Of a stretch of DNA of 64,000 nt, positions 61,744-64,000 are shown piece by piece. The stretch is from Squalus acanthias (taxonomy: Eukaryota): contig CM059432.1 in the NCBI GenBank assembly GCA_030390025.1, positions 151,840,001 to 151,904,000 on the forward strand, given 5' to 3'. The notes beneath the pieces were generated by a model. The model was not told where the DNA came from and made no database searches. It saw nothing but the letters and a program-made list of their open reading frames with translations. Both the position numbers and the translations under genes were made by a program. The first letter of the stretch is position 1. Each line of letters opens with the position of its first letter.

Positions 61744-64000
61744 TATAGGTAAAAAGCGGGAAGAGGTCCTACAAGCAGAATTTAGGGAGCTAGGAGCTAA
61801 ATTGAAAAGTAGGACCTCAAAGGTAGTAATCTCTGGGTTGCTACCAGTGCCACGTGCTAATCAGAGTAGCATGAACAGGATAGCGAGATTAAATACATGG
61901 CTTGAGCAGTGGTGCAGGAGGGAGGGATTCAAATACCTGAGGCATTGGAACCAGTTCTGGGGGAAGTGGGACCTGTACAAAAGGGATGGTCTGCACTTGG
62001 GCAGGACTGGAACCGATGTCCTCGGGGTAATATTTGCTAAGGCAGTTCGGGAGGATTTAAACTAATATGGCAGGGGAATGGGAACCTTTGTAGCGAAACA
62101 GGGGGAAGTAATATGCAGTCAGAAACAAATGTTAGAAGGGTGAGAAACAATAAGGGAAATCCGAGTAAACAAAGGCAAGAAACACAAAGGGCCATACTAA
62201 ATCATAAGTCTAAAAGGACAAAGGGTGTTAATAAAACAAGCCTAAAGGCTCTGTGTCTTAATGCAAGGAGTATCCGTAATAAGGTGGATGAATTGACTGT
62301 GCAAATTGATGTTAACGGATATGATGTGATTGGGATTACAGAGACGTGGCTCCAGAACAATCAAGGCTGGGAACTGAATATCCAGGGGTATTCAACATTC
62401 AGGAAGGATAGAATAAAAGGAAAAGGGGGTGGGATAGCATTGCTGGTTAAAAAGGAGATTAATGCAATAGCTAGGAAGGACATTAGCTTGGAGGATGTGG
62501 AATCAATATGGGTTGAGCTGCAGAACACCAAAGGGCAGAAAACGTTAGTGGGGGTTGTGTACAGACCTCCAAACAGTAGTAGTGAGGTGGGGGAGGGTAT
62601 GAAACAGGAAATCAGAGGTGCGTGCAAAAAAGGCACGGCAGTTATCATGGGTGACTTTAATATGCATATAGATTGGGCTACTCAAACTGGAAGCAATACG
62701 GTGGAGGAGGATTTCCTGGAGTGTTTAAGGGATGGTTTCCTAAACCAATATGTTGAAGAACCAACTAGAGGGGAGGCCATCCTGGACTGGGTGTTGTATA
62801 ATGAGGAAGGACTAATCAGCAATCTTGTGGTGCGAGGCCCCTTGGGGAAGAGTGACCATAGTATGGTGGAGTTCTACATTAGGATGGAGAAGGAAACAGT
62901 TAATTCAGAGACCATGGTCCAGAACTTAAATAAGGGCAACTTTGAGGGTATGAGGCGTGAATTGGCGAGGTTAGATTGGCAAGCGATATTTAAGGGGTTA
63001 TCAGTGGAAGGGCAATGGCAGACATTTAGAGATCGCATGGATGAACTACAGCAATTGTACATCCCTGTCTGGCGTAAAAATAAAAAAGGGAAGGTGGCTC
63101 AACCATGGCTAACAAGGGAAATCAGGGATAGTATTAAAAGCAAGGAAGTGGCATACAAATTGGCCAGAAGTAGCAGCAAACCCGGGGACTGGGAGAACTT
63201 TAAAACTCAGCAGAGGAGGACGAAGGGTTTGATTAGGGCAGGGAAAATAAAATATGAAAGGAAGCTTGCGGAGAACATTAAAACGGACTGCAAAAGCTTC
63301 TATAAATATGTAAAAAGAAAGAGGTTAGTAAAAACAAACGTAGGTCCCCTGCAGTCAGAAACAGGGGAAGTCATAATGGGGAACAAAGAAATGGCAGATC
63401 AATTGAACAAGTACTTTGGTTCGGTGTTTACTGTGGAGGACACAAACAACCTTCCGGAAATAAAAGAGATCAAAGGATCTGGTAAGAGGGAGGAGCTGAG
63501 GGAAATCCTTATCAGTCGGGAAAAGGTGTTGGGGAAATTGATGGGACTGAAGGCTGATAAATCCCCAGGGCCTGATGGTCTGCATCCCAGAGTACTTAAG
63601 GAGGTGGCCTTGGAAATAGTGGATGCATTGACGATCATTTTCCAACATTCCTTAGACTCTGGATCAGTTCCGAAGGAGTGGAGGGTGGCTAATGTAACCC
63701 CTCTTTTTAAAAAAGGAGGGAGGGAGAAAGCAGGGAATTATAGACCGGTCAGCCTGACATCGGTGGTGGGTAAAATGATGGAATCAATTATTAAAGATGT
63801 CATAACAGACCATTTGGAAAGTGGCGACATGATAGGTCCAAGTCAGCATGGATTTGTGATAGGGAAATCATGCTTGACAAATCTTCTGGAATTTTTTGAG
63901 GATGTTTCCAATAGGGTGGACAGGGGGGAACCAGTAGATGTGGTGTATTTGGACTTTCAGAAGGCCTTCGACAAGGTCCCACACAAGAGATTGGTGTGCA
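61744..64000 (+). mobile_element. Young CR1 LINE: ORF1 C-terminus (to 62065) and uninterrupted ORF2 running off the window
   Basis: ORF1 esterase end (VVISGLLP..RDGLHL). My translation from 62113 reads MQSET..CLNARSIRNK..ITETWL..YRPP..GDFN..SDH..NYRPVSL..QHGF..YLDFQKAFDKVPH with no stop to 64000. Confidence 0.93.

Noticed and set aside
1..64000. CLASP1 identity and the intronic U4atac snRNA gene
   Set aside because: The diagnostic segments (DDASDKAD, ASRHHSRSTGALY, NTGSDVEEAVADAL) are CLASP2-type. RNU4ATAC lies in a 5' intron of CLASP1 and no such sequence was recognised here.
1..64000. Prokaryotic systems (CRISPR arrays, retrons, defence-associated RTs, operons)
   Set aside because: There are no regularly spaced repeats. 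All RT, APE and GIY-YIG domains belong to vertebrate retrotransposons inside spliceosomal introns.

Overview
Eukaryotic (vertebrate) genomic DNA, not prokaryotic. The HE1/V-SINE-like and DeuSINE-like SINEs suggest a cartilaginous fish (shark). The whole window lies inside one + strand gene, CLASP2. I read 10 well-supported coding exons of the Ser/Arg-rich linker: 1480-1529, 11575-11739, 31153-31176, 31685-31702, 38250-38354, 43483-43509, 44646-44816, 49114-49221, 54763-54825 and 56155-56264. They splice in frame, include three microexons and encode both SxIP (EB-binding) motifs. There is one extra candidate 27-nt microexon. The introns are packed with nested CR1, L2 and CR1-like LINEs, SINEs, a Penelope-like element with a degenerate hammerhead ribozyme, a hAT/Charlie-type element and PIF/Harbinger-type MITEs. 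Almost all ORFs in the track are TE remnants or their antisense shadows. Most notable: (1) three CR1 copies end ORF1 with T_TTA_AAC followed by a stop, with ORF2 open in the -1 frame, which suggests -1 ribosomal frameshifting; (2) an uninterrupted CR1 ORF2 runs off the right edge; (3) a phase-1 cassette/microexon cluster includes a CLASP1-like exon; (4) a hAT element carries a CpG-rich, first-exon-like cargo; (5) near-identical inverted CR1 copies flank the microexons. All family assignments come from recalled motifs, not database searches, and TE boundaries are approximate.
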